Translations under genes and position numbers: made by a program
The notes under the pieces: model-generated
The model's input: the letters and a program-made list of their open reading frames with translations, nothing else
The model's database searches: none
Told to the model about the DNA's origin: nothing
Shown here: positions 29,039-40,292 of the stretch, piece by piece
How the letters are laid out: each line of letters opens with the position of its first letter
Numbering within the stretch: position 1 is the first letter of the stretch
IMG/VR virus record: IMGVR_UViG_3300029305_005484
Length of the DNA stretch: 64,000 nt
Source of the DNA: a virus
Taxonomy: Duplodnaviria; Caudoviricetes
Direction: 5' to 3' (one strand)

Positions 29039-30784
29039 ATGAAAATAATGAGTAATAAGAATAAGGAGATAATTCAACATAAAAAAGAACATGATGTTTC
29101 TATTAAGTTGAAAAATATTACTAATTTTCAACAACTTAAATTAAAGAAAATTAACTTAAAACTTGAAATTTTTACATTAGATTCTATAGTTGCTTTTCTT
29201 TATAAAGATAGTGTCCTTAAAACACAAAAGTTGTTAAAGAATATTTATAAATTATTTAAAAATATAAATCCAGAACCATACATGTTAAATCCAGATTTAC
29301 GAACACGGTTCTGGGTAATTTTAAAATCTTTAGAATTAATGGTAGATAGTAGATTAGAATCTTATAATGCCATTAAATCTGAACTTATGGATGACAAAGA
29401 TTCAGATGAATTAATCCATGAGTATATCAAAAACATCAATGTACTCTATATAGGGTATGAAGATAGTAAAAAACTCATTAGAAAATTAGATGATAGATTA
29501 CGTTTTGGTTATGTAATAACTATTAAAGAAGTACTACAAGAATTTCTAAATGCAATTGAAGATGAAGAATATTCATCATATAAAGATATAGCAGATGATT
29601 TAGAACAACTTGCTATTTCAATTGTAAATATTAGAAGAAATACGAATAGTTTAGATAGTGAAGAAAAATTTTCATTAGATCCTGATAAATTTGATGATAT
29701 GATATCAGTCGCTGTAACCAAGTTACAAGATAGAATGAAAATTTTTAAAACAGGTATTCAAGGTTTAAATACTTTATTAGCACCTGGTTATTTATCTAAA
29801 CGTCTATATATGTATCTAGCATTTCCTGGTGGTGGTAAATCACAAATACTTTTAAAGTCAGCTTTAGACATTAAGAAATACAATGGACATGTTAAAGCGA
29901 AAGATCCTCAGAAGAGACCTGCAGTTTTATATATTACTATGGAAAATAGTGTTGAAGAAACTATTGAACGTATATTCAATATGACTGTATCTTCTGATGA
30001 TATTAGAAATTATACACCTGCTCAAATTATTAAGAAATTAAAGTCAGGTGGTAATTTAACACTTACAGATGATAATAATATAAATATTATCATCACTTAT
30101 TACCCGAACAGATCTATTGATACAAATGATTTATATGGAATTATTCAAGAATTAGATGATGAGGGTGATGAAGTTATAGCTTTAATTCTTGATTATGTAA
30201 AGAGAATAGCTCCTGCAGAAAAAGCATCTAGTGAAAAAGAAGAACTTAAGAATATTACAAATGAACTTAAGAATTTAGCAACTCACTTTGATATACCGGT
30301 TATAACAGCACAACAATTGAATCGTGTTGCATCATCTGTTGTAGATGCTGCATTACAAGCTAAAAAAGAAGATGTTACTAAACTTATCGGAAGAGATGGT
30401 GTTGCTGGTGCTTGGGAGATCATCGAAAATTCAGACTGGGTCTGTGTTTTAAATCAAGAAGTAAAAACAGAAACTTTAGAATTATTCATGACATTTAAAT
30501 TATTAAAACGAAGATATCGTTCTAGTGATGAAAATGAAAGAATGAGAAAATTAGAGTATTTTAATCAACCTTATGAACCAGGTAATGAAATTAGATTAAT
30601 GGATGATGTTGAATTGGATAGACCTCTTATGATTTACAGTATGAGTAACCAAATGAGTTCATTAGAAGATATGAAACGTGGTAAAAAGAATGCTGTAGAA
30701 AGAGAAGAAAAAATGCATAAAAATATTTATCAAATGATGGAATTTGATCCATTTGATGATACACAATCAATTCAATATACATAA
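29039..30784 (+). CDS. dnaB: Replicative SF4 (DnaB-like) helicase
   Basis: Walker A AFPGGGKS, YITMEN, ILDYV, PVITAQQLNR. Confidence 0.9.
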   Translation: MKIMSNKNKEIIQHKKEHDVSIKLKNITNFQQLKLKKINLKLEIFTLDSIVAFLYKDSVLKTQKLLKNIYKLFKNINPEPYMLNPDLRTRFWVILKSLELMVDSRLESYNAIKSELMDDKDSDELIHEYIKNINVLYIGYEDSKKLIRKLDDRLRFGYVITIKEVLQEFLNAIEDEEYSSYKDIADDLEQLAISIVNIRRNTNSLDSEEKFSLDPDKFDDMISVAVTKLQDRMKIFKTGIQGLNTLLAPGYLSKRLYMYLAFPGGGKSQILLKSALDIKKYNGHVKAKDPQKRPAVLYITMENSVEETIERIFNMTVSSDDIRNYTPAQIIKKLKSGGNLTLTDDNNINIIITYYPNRSIDTNDLYGIIQELDDEGDEVIALILDYVKRIAPAEKASSEKEELKNITNELKNLATHFDIPVITAQQLNRVASSVVDAALQAKKEDVTKLIGRDGVAGAWEIIENSDWVCVLNQEVKTETLELFMTFKLLKRRYRSSDENERMRKLEYFNQPYEPGNEIRLMDDVELDRPLMIYSMSNQMSSLEDMKRGKKNAVEREEKMHKNIYQMMEFDPFDDTQSIQYT

Positions 30785-30788
30785 AAAA

Positions 30789-30826
30789 GAAAAGAGAAAT
30801 CTACTTTTTTTGTAGATTTCTCTTTT
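30789..30826. terminator. Bidirectional terminator
   Basis: AAAAGAGAAATCTAC / GTAGATTTCTCTTTT. Confidence 0.85.
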
Positions 30827-30832
30827 ATTATT

Positions 30833-31438
30833 TTATATTTTACTAATTAATGATTCATAAGAATCATATGCTTCTTCTAATAATTCTAAAGATACTCTTT
30901 TACTATGATATGAAAGATATGCAATCGCAAATGTTGTACATAAATCGTTTGTATAATGATTTATATACAAATTCTCTATATATTTATAAACAGATTTATG
31001 CATATTCCTTAGATTTGATTTTTCATTCAATCTTTTCTTAAATCCTATATCTTCTAAATTAGCAAGAGTATAGTTCATTGGATATTTAATAATATCATAT
31101 GCAAGTTGTCCGTGTTCAATATATAACCATTTATACATATTTTTACTATCCTGTGTAATAAGAAAAGATTTATCACCCTTTACAAATATCTTTTCATATA
31201 ATTCACTTAGAATTTTATCTTTACTAAGTTCAGGAATTTCTAGTTCTGCTAATTCCTTAGATAGATAGAATATACATGTGGTTTTATCAAACATAAGATG
31301 ATTTAGAATACGTTCTACTATACTATTATCTTCTGTTGGTAAAGATAATCTTGTTTTTTCATTAAATAAATAACCTGTAGAATCTGTGTTATAATCTATA
31401 TTAAAAGGAATACTATCTAGATATTCATCATTTTTCAT
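30833..31438 (-). CDS. Hypothetical protein
   Basis: 201 aa in early-motif operon. Confidence 0.75.
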   Translation of the reverse strand: MKNDEYLDSIPFNIDYNTDSTGYLFNEKTRLSLPTEDNSIVERILNHLMFDKTTCIFYLSKELAELEIPELSKDKILSELYEKIFVKGDKSFLITQDSKNMYKWLYIEHGQLAYDIIKYPMNYTLANLEDIGFKKRLNEKSNLRNMHKSVYKYIENLYINHYTNDLCTTFAIAYLSYHSKRVSLELLEEAYDSYESLISKI

Positions 31439-31441
31439 ACA

Positions 31442-32083
31442 TCAATCTCCTTCTATTTTAACAGAATTTAAATATTCTATTTCTTCTTCTACCAAATGGT
31501 GTCTATGTAAAGTTATATCTTTATATCTGTTATATTGAGAATCTATCATATCTTGATATGTAACTAGAGTTTTATTTCTATAAGTCGTTTCACCAGTAAA
31601 ATAAGATACTAAATATGGATATACTAAAGCTTTATATAATATATCCAATGTGATATTAAATGGTTCATATAACTCTTGATACCAGTGAAGAGAATATAAC
31701 TCATCAGATATTCTTAAATACACCACTTCTTGAGCAACTTCTGGGATATTAAGTTTAAATATTTCATATAAACTCCCTCTATATTCTATAGGTATATTTT
31801 GCATAATTAATGATGCTCTTATAAGAGCATCAGATGTTACATCATAAATACTATTTAGAGAAATGATATAATCTTCATAATTTATTTCAGCATCAATATA
31901 ACTATGTTTAATTTTATTTCGCTCTATATGTATTTCATTTCCAGATATTTGTGATGTATCGAATAAAACCTTTTCTTGTATATGCGTATCCATATAATCT
32001 ACAGATATCATTTCCATTTTTATTTTATCCTCCATAATATGATTTATGCCTAATATCACATTGTCTACTACGTATAAGGGCAT
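31442..32083 (-). CDS. Hypothetical protein (true start probably internal)
   Basis: ORF; GGAGG precedes MEMISV. Confidence 0.7.
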   Translation of the reverse strand: MPLYVVDNVILGINHIMEDKIKMEMISVDYMDTHIQEKVLFDTSQISGNEIHIERNKIKHSYIDAEINYEDYIISLNSIYDVTSDALIRASLIMQNIPIEYRGSLYEIFKLNIPEVAQEVVYLRISDELYSLHWYQELYEPFNITLDILYKALVYPYLVSYFTGETTYRNKTLVTYQDMIDSQYNRYKDITLHRHHLVEEEIEYLNSVKIEGD

Positions 32084-32639
32084 CTATATTAAACACTTCT
32101 CTTTTAATAAAATGATCTGATGTTTTCCTATTATCTATTAACATAGATTTACTTATATTATTAGATTCGTATGAATCATTTATTACTTGAATAGAAAAAT
32201 TATCAGGGAGTGCAACTCTTGTATTATTTATAACATCAATTATTACCTGATATTCATATTTGTTTACATCATAATCAAACATCTCAAATTTATCTTTATC
32301 TGAGCAGTCTTCAAATATACTTTCATCACCATCAGATATTCTATCTATGATATCAGCAATACTTCTTTGTAAACTATCTGGTACATACAAAAACATCATT
32401 TCTAAAAGTATAGTAGCTTGATAAAAACCACCATTGAATATATCTGACACTATTGTATTATATAATTTATTTATTATTACTTCATCAGGTTTTATAAATT
32501 TAGAGTTTTTCCCTTTAAATCTTCGTATTTCATTTATTTCCCCAGTTGTGCGATTGAATGAATTCTCTATCATTTCTTTCAAAAACCTTTCCATAATTTT
32601 TAATTTCTTTTTTACAATAAAATTCTGATACTGTATCAT
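32025..32639 (-). CDS. Hypothetical protein (true start probably internal)
   Basis: ORF overlapping neighbours. Confidence 0.65.
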   Translation of the reverse strand: MIQYQNFIVKKKLKIMERFLKEMIENSFNRTTGEINEIRRFKGKNSKFIKPDEVIINKLYNTIVSDIFNGGFYQATILLEMMFLYVPDSLQRSIADIIDRISDGDESIFEDCSDKDKFEMFDYDVNKYEYQVIIDVINNTRVALPDNFSIQVINDSYESNNISKSMLIDNRKTSDHFIKREVFNIDALIRSRQCDIRHKSYYGG

Positions 32640-33051
32640 AAATAATTAATACATCTTTCACAATTTGATTTATTGATATACCTCTTTCAGCACGTTCTAA
32701 AATACTAGAATATGATATGTCTTGATATATTGATTTGTTTGGATATATACCATATATTGAATTAGATATATTGCGTATTTGATATTTTATATAGTTATTT
32801 AAATATATAAAATATTCATTATGAATACAATCTGGGACAAGTAATTTTAATATATCAAACTGAATTTGTAGTATTTCATCTACATTAATTTTTCTACTTT
32901 CTATAGTTATAAATCCTCTATCAATATCTAATTTTTCCAATAAATCTTTCTCACAATCTATATATACATATTCAGAAAAATCTGGTGAAATATACTCTGT
33001 ACAATTATAATCTTCATCAATATAAGAACACTTCGCTATCGATACATCCAT
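32530..33051 (-). CDS. Hypothetical protein
   Basis: 173 aa, GAAGGAG RBS. Confidence 0.7.
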   Translation of the reverse strand: MDVSIAKCSYIDEDYNCTEYISPDFSEYVYIDCEKDLLEKLDIDRGFITIESRKINVDEILQIQFDILKLLVPDCIHNEYFIYLNNYIKYQIRNISNSIYGIYPNKSIYQDISYSSILERAERGISINQIVKDVLIIYDTVSEFYCKKEIKNYGKVFERNDREFIQSHNWGNK

Positions 33052-33589
33052 AAATATATCTCCTTCTGTCGTCTATTAATTTTTGAGATACTACATCATA
33101 GTAATTTCTTGATATAATTTTAAATGGTTTAAATGTAAATCCAATACCATCATCAATTCTTGTATTATGGAGTAAATCAATACTATCAATAGTTTCATCA
33201 TTTAATATTGAAATAATACTTTTATCACACATATACATATGTGATAGATATATATCATCTGCAGTACCTTTCCATGGATATCTTAATAAATTAATTAGTA
33301 ATTCAAAATCAATATATTCAATTTCAAAATCATCATAATCTAAAGCATTAAAATAATCCAGTATACTATGCATAAATGATTTTATAATTTCACCACTAAA
33401 TACTTCATAATATTCAGTTAATAAATACTCCAGAGTTTCATAATATTGAAAATTGATATCAGATTCAGAACCAATAGTTTTATTTTCTTTTCTTATAATA
33501 TCTATCCATTTTTCACTTATAGTTTCTTTATCAAAATCTTTTATCGATGTTGTAGGTAAATTTGGAAGTCCACCATAGTATTCCCTCAT
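33017..33589 (-). CDS. Hypothetical protein
   Basis: 190 aa, early motif at 33621. Confidence 0.75.
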   Translation of the reverse strand: MREYYGGLPNLPTTSIKDFDKETISEKWIDIIRKENKTIGSESDINFQYYETLEYLLTEYYEVFSGEIIKSFMHSILDYFNALDYDDFEIEYIDFELLINLLRYPWKGTADDIYLSHMYMCDKSIISILNDETIDSIDLLHNTRIDDGIGFTFKPFKIISRNYYDVVSQKLIDDRRRYIYGCIDSEVFLY

Positions 33590-33702
33590 TTAATCACCCC
33601 TTATAATAATACTCATAAATATAATATATTAATATTTTTACCTGATTAATATGAAAAAAACATTATTCTAATACTGAAAGATTATAGAAAGTAGGTGTTA
33701 AT

Positions 33703-36700
33703 ATGACTCCAATTTCAAATTGGGAACCTATTATTGGTTTACCAGATACACTGGAGAAATTATTGAAAGAAACTGAAATTAATAACTCTTTTAGAGAAAC
33801 TGATGTTAATGATACATTAAAAGATACAATGGAATCTTCATATTCTTTTTTATATAGAATGCAGCAAGATTCCGTTAATTATTCACGTCATCATTTTCAG
33901 ACTAGAGAGTTTTTGTTAACTACAACTTACAGTGATATTCAAACTGGTCTAAAAACATATGGTGATATGTTGATGGAGTTAGAAAAATCTGAGAATCCAG
34001 ATGAAAATGAAATTTCTAAACTAAAAAGAATATTAGCCGAATTTGGTGAAGTTAGATTTGGTGATCTGTATTTAGATAACAAAAGAAGAGTATCTGTTAA
34101 TATAGATCATGATATTATTCCACCAGAAACAAAAGAAATTTTCAGAAGATCTAGTTTTTATAGAACTGATTTATCTATGGGAACTCTACTCAATAATAGC
34201 AAAATCTTTAGAGAGATTCCTATAGCAATTATTGATAATGAGGTTAGAATGGATATCAGTATTTATCCATTGGAACAAGGTACAAAGATTATCTTCAATC
34301 ATATGAATGCTAAAGATTTATATAATACAAAAGAATCACAAATCTTTCATGATGTATGTATACTCTTTATTCCAAATACAAATATTGAAGTATCTGTGTA
34401 TGATAAAGATATGATTTTATCGGGTATTATTCCTCTATCTAATTTAAAAATGGATAAAAAAGGTTCTTACTTTATGACAGTTAAAGGACAGGGTGAAAAA
34501 CATTCATCACATTTAATTCCTGTAACTAAAGTAGATGAAACCAATATGTTTATATTCGATACAGATAAACGATTGAAAGAATTGGTTAATTCGTCAAAAG
34601 TTAATATCTTTGAAGTTTCAATCATTTTCTTTCAAGATTTATATAGGTATGATTTTAAAGGTATTTCAAATGACAATACAGTCAGTACAAGAATGCGTGG
34701 TTATTATATAAATAATAACTATATTGAAAAACCAGAATCTGAATTTTTCATACCTAAAATAAATAATGAAATGTTATCAATGCCTATTCCTGAAGATAAT
34801 ATATTAGTCATGAAGGCTGTATACGTAGATAGTAAAGTTGATAGATATGAACCTTCTTATGGATGTTCTGTTAATTTACACTATCCAAATATATATCAAG
34901 TAAATGATATAGAACAGGAAAAAGGTGATAAATACCAAATTTATTTCTTTTATAAAGAAATGCCTGAAGTTGAATATACATCTATAACAGACTTCTATTG
35001 GGATTATTTGATGTTTAGATATAACAACAAATATTCATTAGAGGAAGTTATAAATAAAGTATATTTTAGAGATACTGATTACAATATAAATCAGTTCTTA
35101 AAGTTATCAGAAGATGAATTATCATCTTTAGATACAGAGAAAATGAAATTGGAAGGTGATTACCTGAATATATTCTATTCATTATTTGAAAAGATGTTAG
35201 AATATTCTGATTACAGATATAATTATGGGACACCAGATTTTATCGATAATTATAAAGGTGATGAAATACCACTTCAATATAAAATTAGCAAGATGATGGA
35301 ATTTATTCGTGCTGATTGGAAAGTTCTTCCAGAATATGTTAAGAAAGAAAGAAGAAAAGAAACTTTATTCCATTTCTTCACAAATACAATTAACTTATCT
35401 GGTAGATTTAGACGAAGTACTAGATTAGAAGATAGAGAGCATAACTCTATTTTATTTGCATCTGAGTGTATATTAACTGATGAAAGTAATCCGAATGCTT
35501 TATTAGTATCAGATTCCAAATCATATGATAAAGAAAATGAAGTATTTATCGATGATGTAAAAATTTTATTACCAAATGTAAAAGTTGGTGATTATGTTGA
35601 ACTAACAAATCTTACAAACAGATATGTCTTTGCATTCAGAAATCATGGAGAAGATATACTTAAGATGAAAGTATATATTGATGGTTTACTTTGCTCTGAT
35701 GTTGTAATAGTAAATAGTTTAGGTACTGATTACTTATACTTACCTACAAATGCTGTATCAGAGAATAGTTATATCATGATGGAATTAGAATGGTCTATGG
35801 ATGATGCATTTATTCAGACATTAGAATTCACTGATAATACTGAATGGAAAACTGTCCATATCGTAGAAAATGAGCATATAGAATATACCATGAATGATGT
35901 TCTTATTAAACTCAATGGTTCTACATTAAATAAAGATGATTACATATTACAACTTATAAGACATGAAATTCCATATTCAATGTATGATGAAAATCATAAT
36001 ATTGAAAATAAGTATGGAATTGTAACTGATATCAATATTCAATTAACAAATGTTGATATTAGTGAATCAGTCTCTGTTGATGTTATTGTAAATAAAACAT
36101 CATTCTTTGCATATGGAGTTGCAAAGAGAAATGGATATCCACGTTTTGATTTAACTAAAATTAAATTAAAACATGATGTATCTAGAGCAAGGTTGTATTA
36201 CAATGGTAGATTAGCACCAAGTAATACATTTAGAAGTATTAATTCTGAAGGGAGAGAATATATTCAATCAAGAATATTCTGCGAAACAGGTGATGAATAC
36301 TTATTTGAATATTCTCCATACACAAAAGAAATTATTTGTGAAATGGATGAATTCGATCCTAATGAAATAATAGACTTCTCAAAATATATTGATAAACCTT
36401 TAGACCCTGAATACTATGAAGTATTTGTAAATGGTAGAAGATTAGGACTTCCAAATATCTTTAAAATTGGACCTTATCATACTGCGTTTAGAGGTGTTAA
36501 AAGTAAATACTTACTTTCAATATTTGAAAAAGAAAGAGATTTTGAATACTTTGGATATTCTAAAGTATTAAAAGATGGAGAAGAATTTTTCTATACCATT
36601 AATGATTTATTTGAAGAGTCTTTCATTTCTGAAGGAGAAATTAAATTAATCGTTGATGCATATATAGAAAAAATTAAACATGAAGATGTAATTATTGAAC

Positions 36701-37032
36701 CTAATAATTTAATTGAATCTCCAATCACATATGATATTGAAAGTGGATTAATTGAAGAAATGAAAATTTTCTTCTTTGAAGAGTTGTTACCTTTAGGGCT
36801 TGGAAATCCAGACGAGGTACAATTTAATAAAGCTTACTTCTCGGAAGTATTCCCGAATTTTACAAAAGAATTTTTAGTAGAAGGTGAAGATGATAATCCT
36901 GATGTTATTTATTTAAACCCAGATGTTACTGCAAGAATATATGATGCAGAAACTAATGAGTATGAAATTATAGATACTAAGGATGCTGATCCAGAAAAAT
37001 CTTTTGTAATGCTTATGGGTGAAGCGGAATAA
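33703..37032 (+). CDS. Large probable virion structural protein (1109 aa)
   Basis: Late motif at 33659; repeated beta motifs VYIDG, LYYNGR, VFVNGR. Confidence 0.65.
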   Translation: MTPISNWEPIIGLPDTLEKLLKETEINNSFRETDVNDTLKDTMESSYSFLYRMQQDSVNYSRHHFQTREFLLTTTYSDIQTGLKTYGDMLMELEKSENPDENEISKLKRILAEFGEVRFGDLYLDNKRRVSVNIDHDIIPPETKEIFRRSSFYRTDLSMGTLLNNSKIFREIPIAIIDNEVRMDISIYPLEQGTKIIFNHMNAKDLYNTKESQIFHDVCILFIPNTNIEVSVYDKDMILSGIIPLSNLKMDKKGSYFMTVKGQGEKHSSHLIPVTKVDETNMFIFDTDKRLKELVNSSKVNIFEVSIIFFQDLYRYDFKGISNDNTVSTRMRGYYINNNYIEKPESEFFIPKINNEMLSMPIPEDNILVMKAVYVDSKVDRYEPSYGCSVNLHYPNIYQVNDIEQEKGDKYQIYFFYKEMPEVEYTSITDFYWDYLMFRYNNKYSLEEVINKVYFRDTDYNINQFLKLSEDELSSLDTEKMKLEGDYLNIFYSLFEKMLEYSDYRYNYGTPDFIDNYKGDEIPLQYKISKMMEFIRADWKVLPEYVKKERRKETLFHFFTNTINLSGRFRRSTRLEDREHNSILFASECILTDESNPNALLVSDSKSYDKENEVFIDDVKILLPNVKVGDYVELTNLTNRYVFAFRNHGEDILKMKVYIDGLLCSDVVIVNSLGTDYLYLPTNAVSENSYIMMELEWSMDDAFIQTLEFTDNTEWKTVHIVENEHIEYTMNDVLIKLNGSTLNKDDYILQLIRHEIPYSMYDENHNIENKYGIVTDINIQLTNVDISESVSVDVIVNKTSFFAYGVAKRNGYPRFDLTKIKLKHDVSRARLYYNGRLAPSNTFRSINSEGREYIQSRIFCETGDEYLFEYSPYTKEIICEMDEFDPNEIIDFSKYIDKPLDPEYYEVFVNGRRLGLPNIFKIGPYHTAFRGVKSKYLLSIFEKERDFEYFGYSKVLKDGEEFFYTINDLFEESFISEGEIKLIVDAYIEKIKHEDVIIEPNNLIESPITYDIESGLIEEMKIFFFEELLPLGLGNPDEVQFNKAYFSEVFPNFTKEFLVEGEDDNPDVIYLNPDVTARIYDAETNEYEIIDTKDADPEKSFVMLMGEAE

Positions 37033-37054
37033 TTAAGAAAGGAAGAGAAGGAAA

Positions 37055-38284
37055 ATGTCAAATAAAAAGACTTATGATTCTGACGTTAGATATGGTGCTT
37101 CCTTCTTGAGTATCGATAGAAATAAACAGAGTCAACCAGGAGAAATCATGAGTGATAAAACTACTGGTGAAGTTTATATAAAAAGACCTCAAGATGGAAA
37201 GATTATAAGTTTTCGTCATAAATCTCATACATTATATGAAGCTATTCAGGAATTTAATATTCAATTCCAATCATCAATAGGATTTGCATATCCTGATGAT
37301 CCTGGCTCATATTTGTTAGGCTCTAAATTTACAATTGATGAATTTTTAGAGGCTGAAGATAAAAAAGATATTTTAATGGATAACCATGAACTTAAATATA
37401 CATTTGATATTTCAAATAAAACAAATGGTATTTATATCAAACCTATTACTAGATTTGGTGATAAAACTATCTGTGGTTATCTTGCTGGTCAGTTCTCAGA
37501 ACATGAGTATATTAATTTTACTACTGTTCCTAGAACATTTGAAGAGTGGTTAGATTTATCTAATCTTTATGAATCTTCATATTTATATACTGAATGGAAA
37601 CATTTGGAAAATTGGGAAGGTTGTAATGGATTAGCAGATATCAGTATTAAAGTTACTGGTGCTGATGAAGATGGACTTATTATCGAAAGAGAGATATCAT
37701 TTACAACATGTATTAATCTTAATGAATATACATACGTTCGTTTTCCAGATGAATACAAAAAAGATATTGTAGATATCTATAGTATCAATGTAACTATCAA
37801 TAAGTTATATGATCCTAAACTTCAGTATGAAAGATACTTAGCGAGTTCAACTTTAACAACATCTGGAATTGACTCTGTCGTAGATAGATTGATGGATGTT
37901 GATAATGTTGTTAACCTACAATCACTGGATATTTTCTACTTTATATCTGGTGCATCACAACTACCAACTAATGAAAATGTATCAATTACACAATGTGTAG
38001 ATGTTGATTATCTTGAAAAAGCTTTAGTTTATTTATCAACAAGTAGTGGTGCTAGAGCAATTCAGTCATCAGAAACTGAACCTGAAGCATTCCCTGTTGA
38101 TACATTATGGGCTGAAGAAATTAGAGATATTCAGGGTACAGATGTTACTGAAACTCAAGCAATTGATACCTTTTATGATTTGGAAAAAGGATTATATCAT
38201 GACACAAGTGATACAGTAGAATTTACAGATGAAACGAATAATGCTGAAAATGTATTTATCGAAACTGTATCTGGTAGTGTGTAG
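37055..38284 (+). CDS. Probable virion structural protein
   Basis: 409 aa in late operon. Confidence 0.6.
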   Translation: MSNKKTYDSDVRYGASFLSIDRNKQSQPGEIMSDKTTGEVYIKRPQDGKIISFRHKSHTLYEAIQEFNIQFQSSIGFAYPDDPGSYLLGSKFTIDEFLEAEDKKDILMDNHELKYTFDISNKTNGIYIKPITRFGDKTICGYLAGQFSEHEYINFTTVPRTFEEWLDLSNLYESSYLYTEWKHLENWEGCNGLADISIKVTGADEDGLIIEREISFTTCINLNEYTYVRFPDEYKKDIVDIYSINVTINKLYDPKLQYERYLASSTLTTSGIDSVVDRLMDVDNVVNLQSLDIFYFISGASQLPTNENVSITQCVDVDYLEKALVYLSTSSGARAIQSSETEPEAFPVDTLWAEEIRDIQGTDVTETQAIDTFYDLEKGLYHDTSDTVEFTDETNNAENVFIETVSGSV

Positions 38285-38298
38285 GAGGTGTATTATAA

Positions 38299-38511
38299 AT
38301 GGCAAAAATTTTAGAACCTACTAAAGAATACTTCATTGATAATTGTCCTATTTATCCAGTAGAAACTGCAAATAGTGACCCTAGTGTAAACTTAGGTGAT
38401 CACCCAGAATGTTATGCAATAGAAGTATTTGAAGATACGAGAATTGATGCTGATACTCCTAGTGAAAATAATCCTGTTCATATTAACCATACAGGAATTA
38501 TTAAAGAATAG
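38299..38511 (+). CDS. Small hypothetical protein
   Basis: AGGAGG RBS, late operon. Confidence 0.7.
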   Translation: MAKILEPTKEYFIDNCPIYPVETANSDPSVNLGDHPECYAIEVFEDTRIDADTPSENNPVHINHTGIIKE

Positions 38512-38522
38512 GAGGTATTAAT

Positions 38523-38771
38523 ATGAGTATTTTACAAAAAGCAAAAGACGTTGTTCTTCATGCTAAAAATAAAGTTACTGGTGTTGGTACTGAGGTTAAA
38601 GTTATTTATCCAACAACTCGTTGGGAAAATATCCTTGGTGCACCAAGATTATTAACATCAGACACAATAGAAAAATCATTCCCATCAGAATATGCTTTAT
38701 ATTCATATGGTGATTTAACTATATCTGATGAAGAGTATGAAGCATGTTTTGGAAATGTTTTTGAAGAATAA
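38523..38771 (+). CDS. Small fibre-associated protein
   Basis: AGGAGG RBS; VIYPTTRWENI resembles fibre N-terminal YPxT motif. Confidence 0.55.
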   Translation: MSILQKAKDVVLHAKNKVTGVGTEVKVIYPTTRWENILGAPRLLTSDTIEKSFPSEYALYSYGDLTISDEEYEACFGNVFEE

Positions 38772-38776
38772 ATTTT

Positions 38777-38803
38777 GTGGTATAGACTTTTGTCTATACC
38801 ACA
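38777..38803 (+). terminator. Intrinsic terminator
   Basis: GTGGTATAGAC / GTCTATACCAC followed by T-run. Confidence 0.85.
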
Positions 38804-38829
38804 TTTTTATTGATATATTATAATCATGA

Positions 38830-39180
38830 ATGAAACAAATGAAGGGAGATTTAAATATGAATAGACAAAATATTATTGAACTTATGTTTTCACAAGCTGG
38901 TCAACAAGCATTAAGAAGTGCATTACATTTACCAAAAAATATGCTAGGTTCTATTAGTTCTGTAGCAATTCAAAAATTTAATAAGGATACTGTATCAGGA
39001 GAAGAAATTCAATCAGATAAGTCTAAAATTTTATCTGAGGATAGTAGATATAAATTAACTTCTTTTTCTGAACATGTATTCAAACTAAATGAAGATAGAA
39101 CTTCACAATTGACATCACCTTTACATGATGATGTAGGAAATCATGTTTATGGATTAATAGAAAGCGGTATAGAACGATGA
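38830..39180 (+). CDS. Hypothetical protein (probable start MNRQN)
   Basis: Early motif at 38813; GGGAG RBS. Confidence 0.7.
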   Translation: MKQMKGDLNMNRQNIIELMFSQAGQQALRSALHLPKNMLGSISSVAIQKFNKDTVSGEEIQSDKSKILSEDSRYKLTSFSEHVFKLNEDRTSQLTSPLHDDVGNHVYGLIESGIER

Positions 39181-39767
39181 TGACAATTTATCTATTTTAT
39201 TTTAAAGATAATGATGACAATAGAGAGTTAGAACCTTATCTATATGCATATACTACAAGTAAATTATTAGCAAATAGATTTATGGATTTTAGAGATATGG
39301 ATAAATTCAAACTTGTTAAGAGAGAAATTAGTGATAAAAATTACAGTGATTTCTCAAGGCAATATCCAACTCAACAATTGACAACAACTAGATTTTTAAC
39401 AAAACCAGATAAAGATACAATAGGAAAATCGTATGTGGAAATTGTATGTACATGGGATGAAGAAAAGAATTCTATTATAAATAGTGATGATACAGTATTC
39501 ACTATGTTTAGAGATAAGATGTTTAATCCAAGATACTTGTCACTAGACTTAAAAATTGATTTATGTAAATTAGGATTCTTTACAATATACCAATATTTAT
39601 ATCAACAAATGTACATATATGAACCTCTATCAGATCCTGAATTTTCTGGTGTGTTTAATCCTGATATAATTGCAGGTGATACAATGAGACCACTTCCACA
39701 TAATCTCAAGACAGACCAGTTTGAGATGTTCATGTATTTGTATAATGGTACTATAAAAGAAAAATAA
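39177..39767 (+). CDS. Hypothetical protein, paralog of 19159-19605
   Basis: LYAYTTSKLLANRFMDFRDMDKF. Confidence 0.75.
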   Translation: MMTIYLFYFKDNDDNRELEPYLYAYTTSKLLANRFMDFRDMDKFKLVKREISDKNYSDFSRQYPTQQLTTTRFLTKPDKDTIGKSYVEIVCTWDEEKNSIINSDDTVFTMFRDKMFNPRYLSLDLKIDLCKLGFFTIYQYLYQQMYIYEPLSDPEFSGVFNPDIIAGDTMRPLPHNLKTDQFEMFMYLYNGTIKEK

Positions 39768-39816
39768 AGAATGATGTTAATTCATCATTCTTTATTTTTT
39801 ATATATTTAATAAAAG

Positions 39817-40203
39817 TTATTCAGTTCTTTCCCAGATATATACTGCTTTATATGGAGGCATATTATTATGTGGTTGATTTCCTCCTGTACCTGTTGAATA
39901 TTCGACATTATCAACTGCTTTATTTGAATTCGCTGTCCAAGAACCACCTGTTTCAGCTGATATCCAGTTCACACCCCAGTTCATTGTAAGAGCATGATTA
40001 TGAAGAGGCATTTCATTTACAGTTAATGTATGACTTGCTTCACCACCAATACTATTAACATCATAAGAGCCACCAGCACCAAGTAAAAATCTATCATCAA
40101 TTCTTATCCAAGTTATACCACCATATTCTTCAATAACCTTTTCCATAGTATCTAATGTTGTAGAGTGTATAACCATACCAACATGTGATCGGTTGCAGTT
40201 TTG
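39817..40203 (-). other. Tail-fibre/baseplate-tip cassette 2 (128 codons)
   Basis: QNCNRSHVGMVIHST...GGITWIRIDDRFLLGAG...GGEASHTLTVNEMPLHNH...TGGNQPHNNMPPYKAVYIWERTE*; domain pattern begins before the in-frame Met, no clear RBS. Confidence 0.8.
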
Positions 40204-40276
40204 TTAAGTAAGTTTTCTGTAATCAAAGGAAATTACCGATAACTAGAGAAATTTAACTTAACAAAATTGGTTCCCC
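40191..40276 (-). repeat. 86-bp inverted-repeat element, copy 2
   Basis: 5 differences from copy 1. Confidence 0.95.
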
Positions 40277-40292
40277 AATAATTTTAATTATA

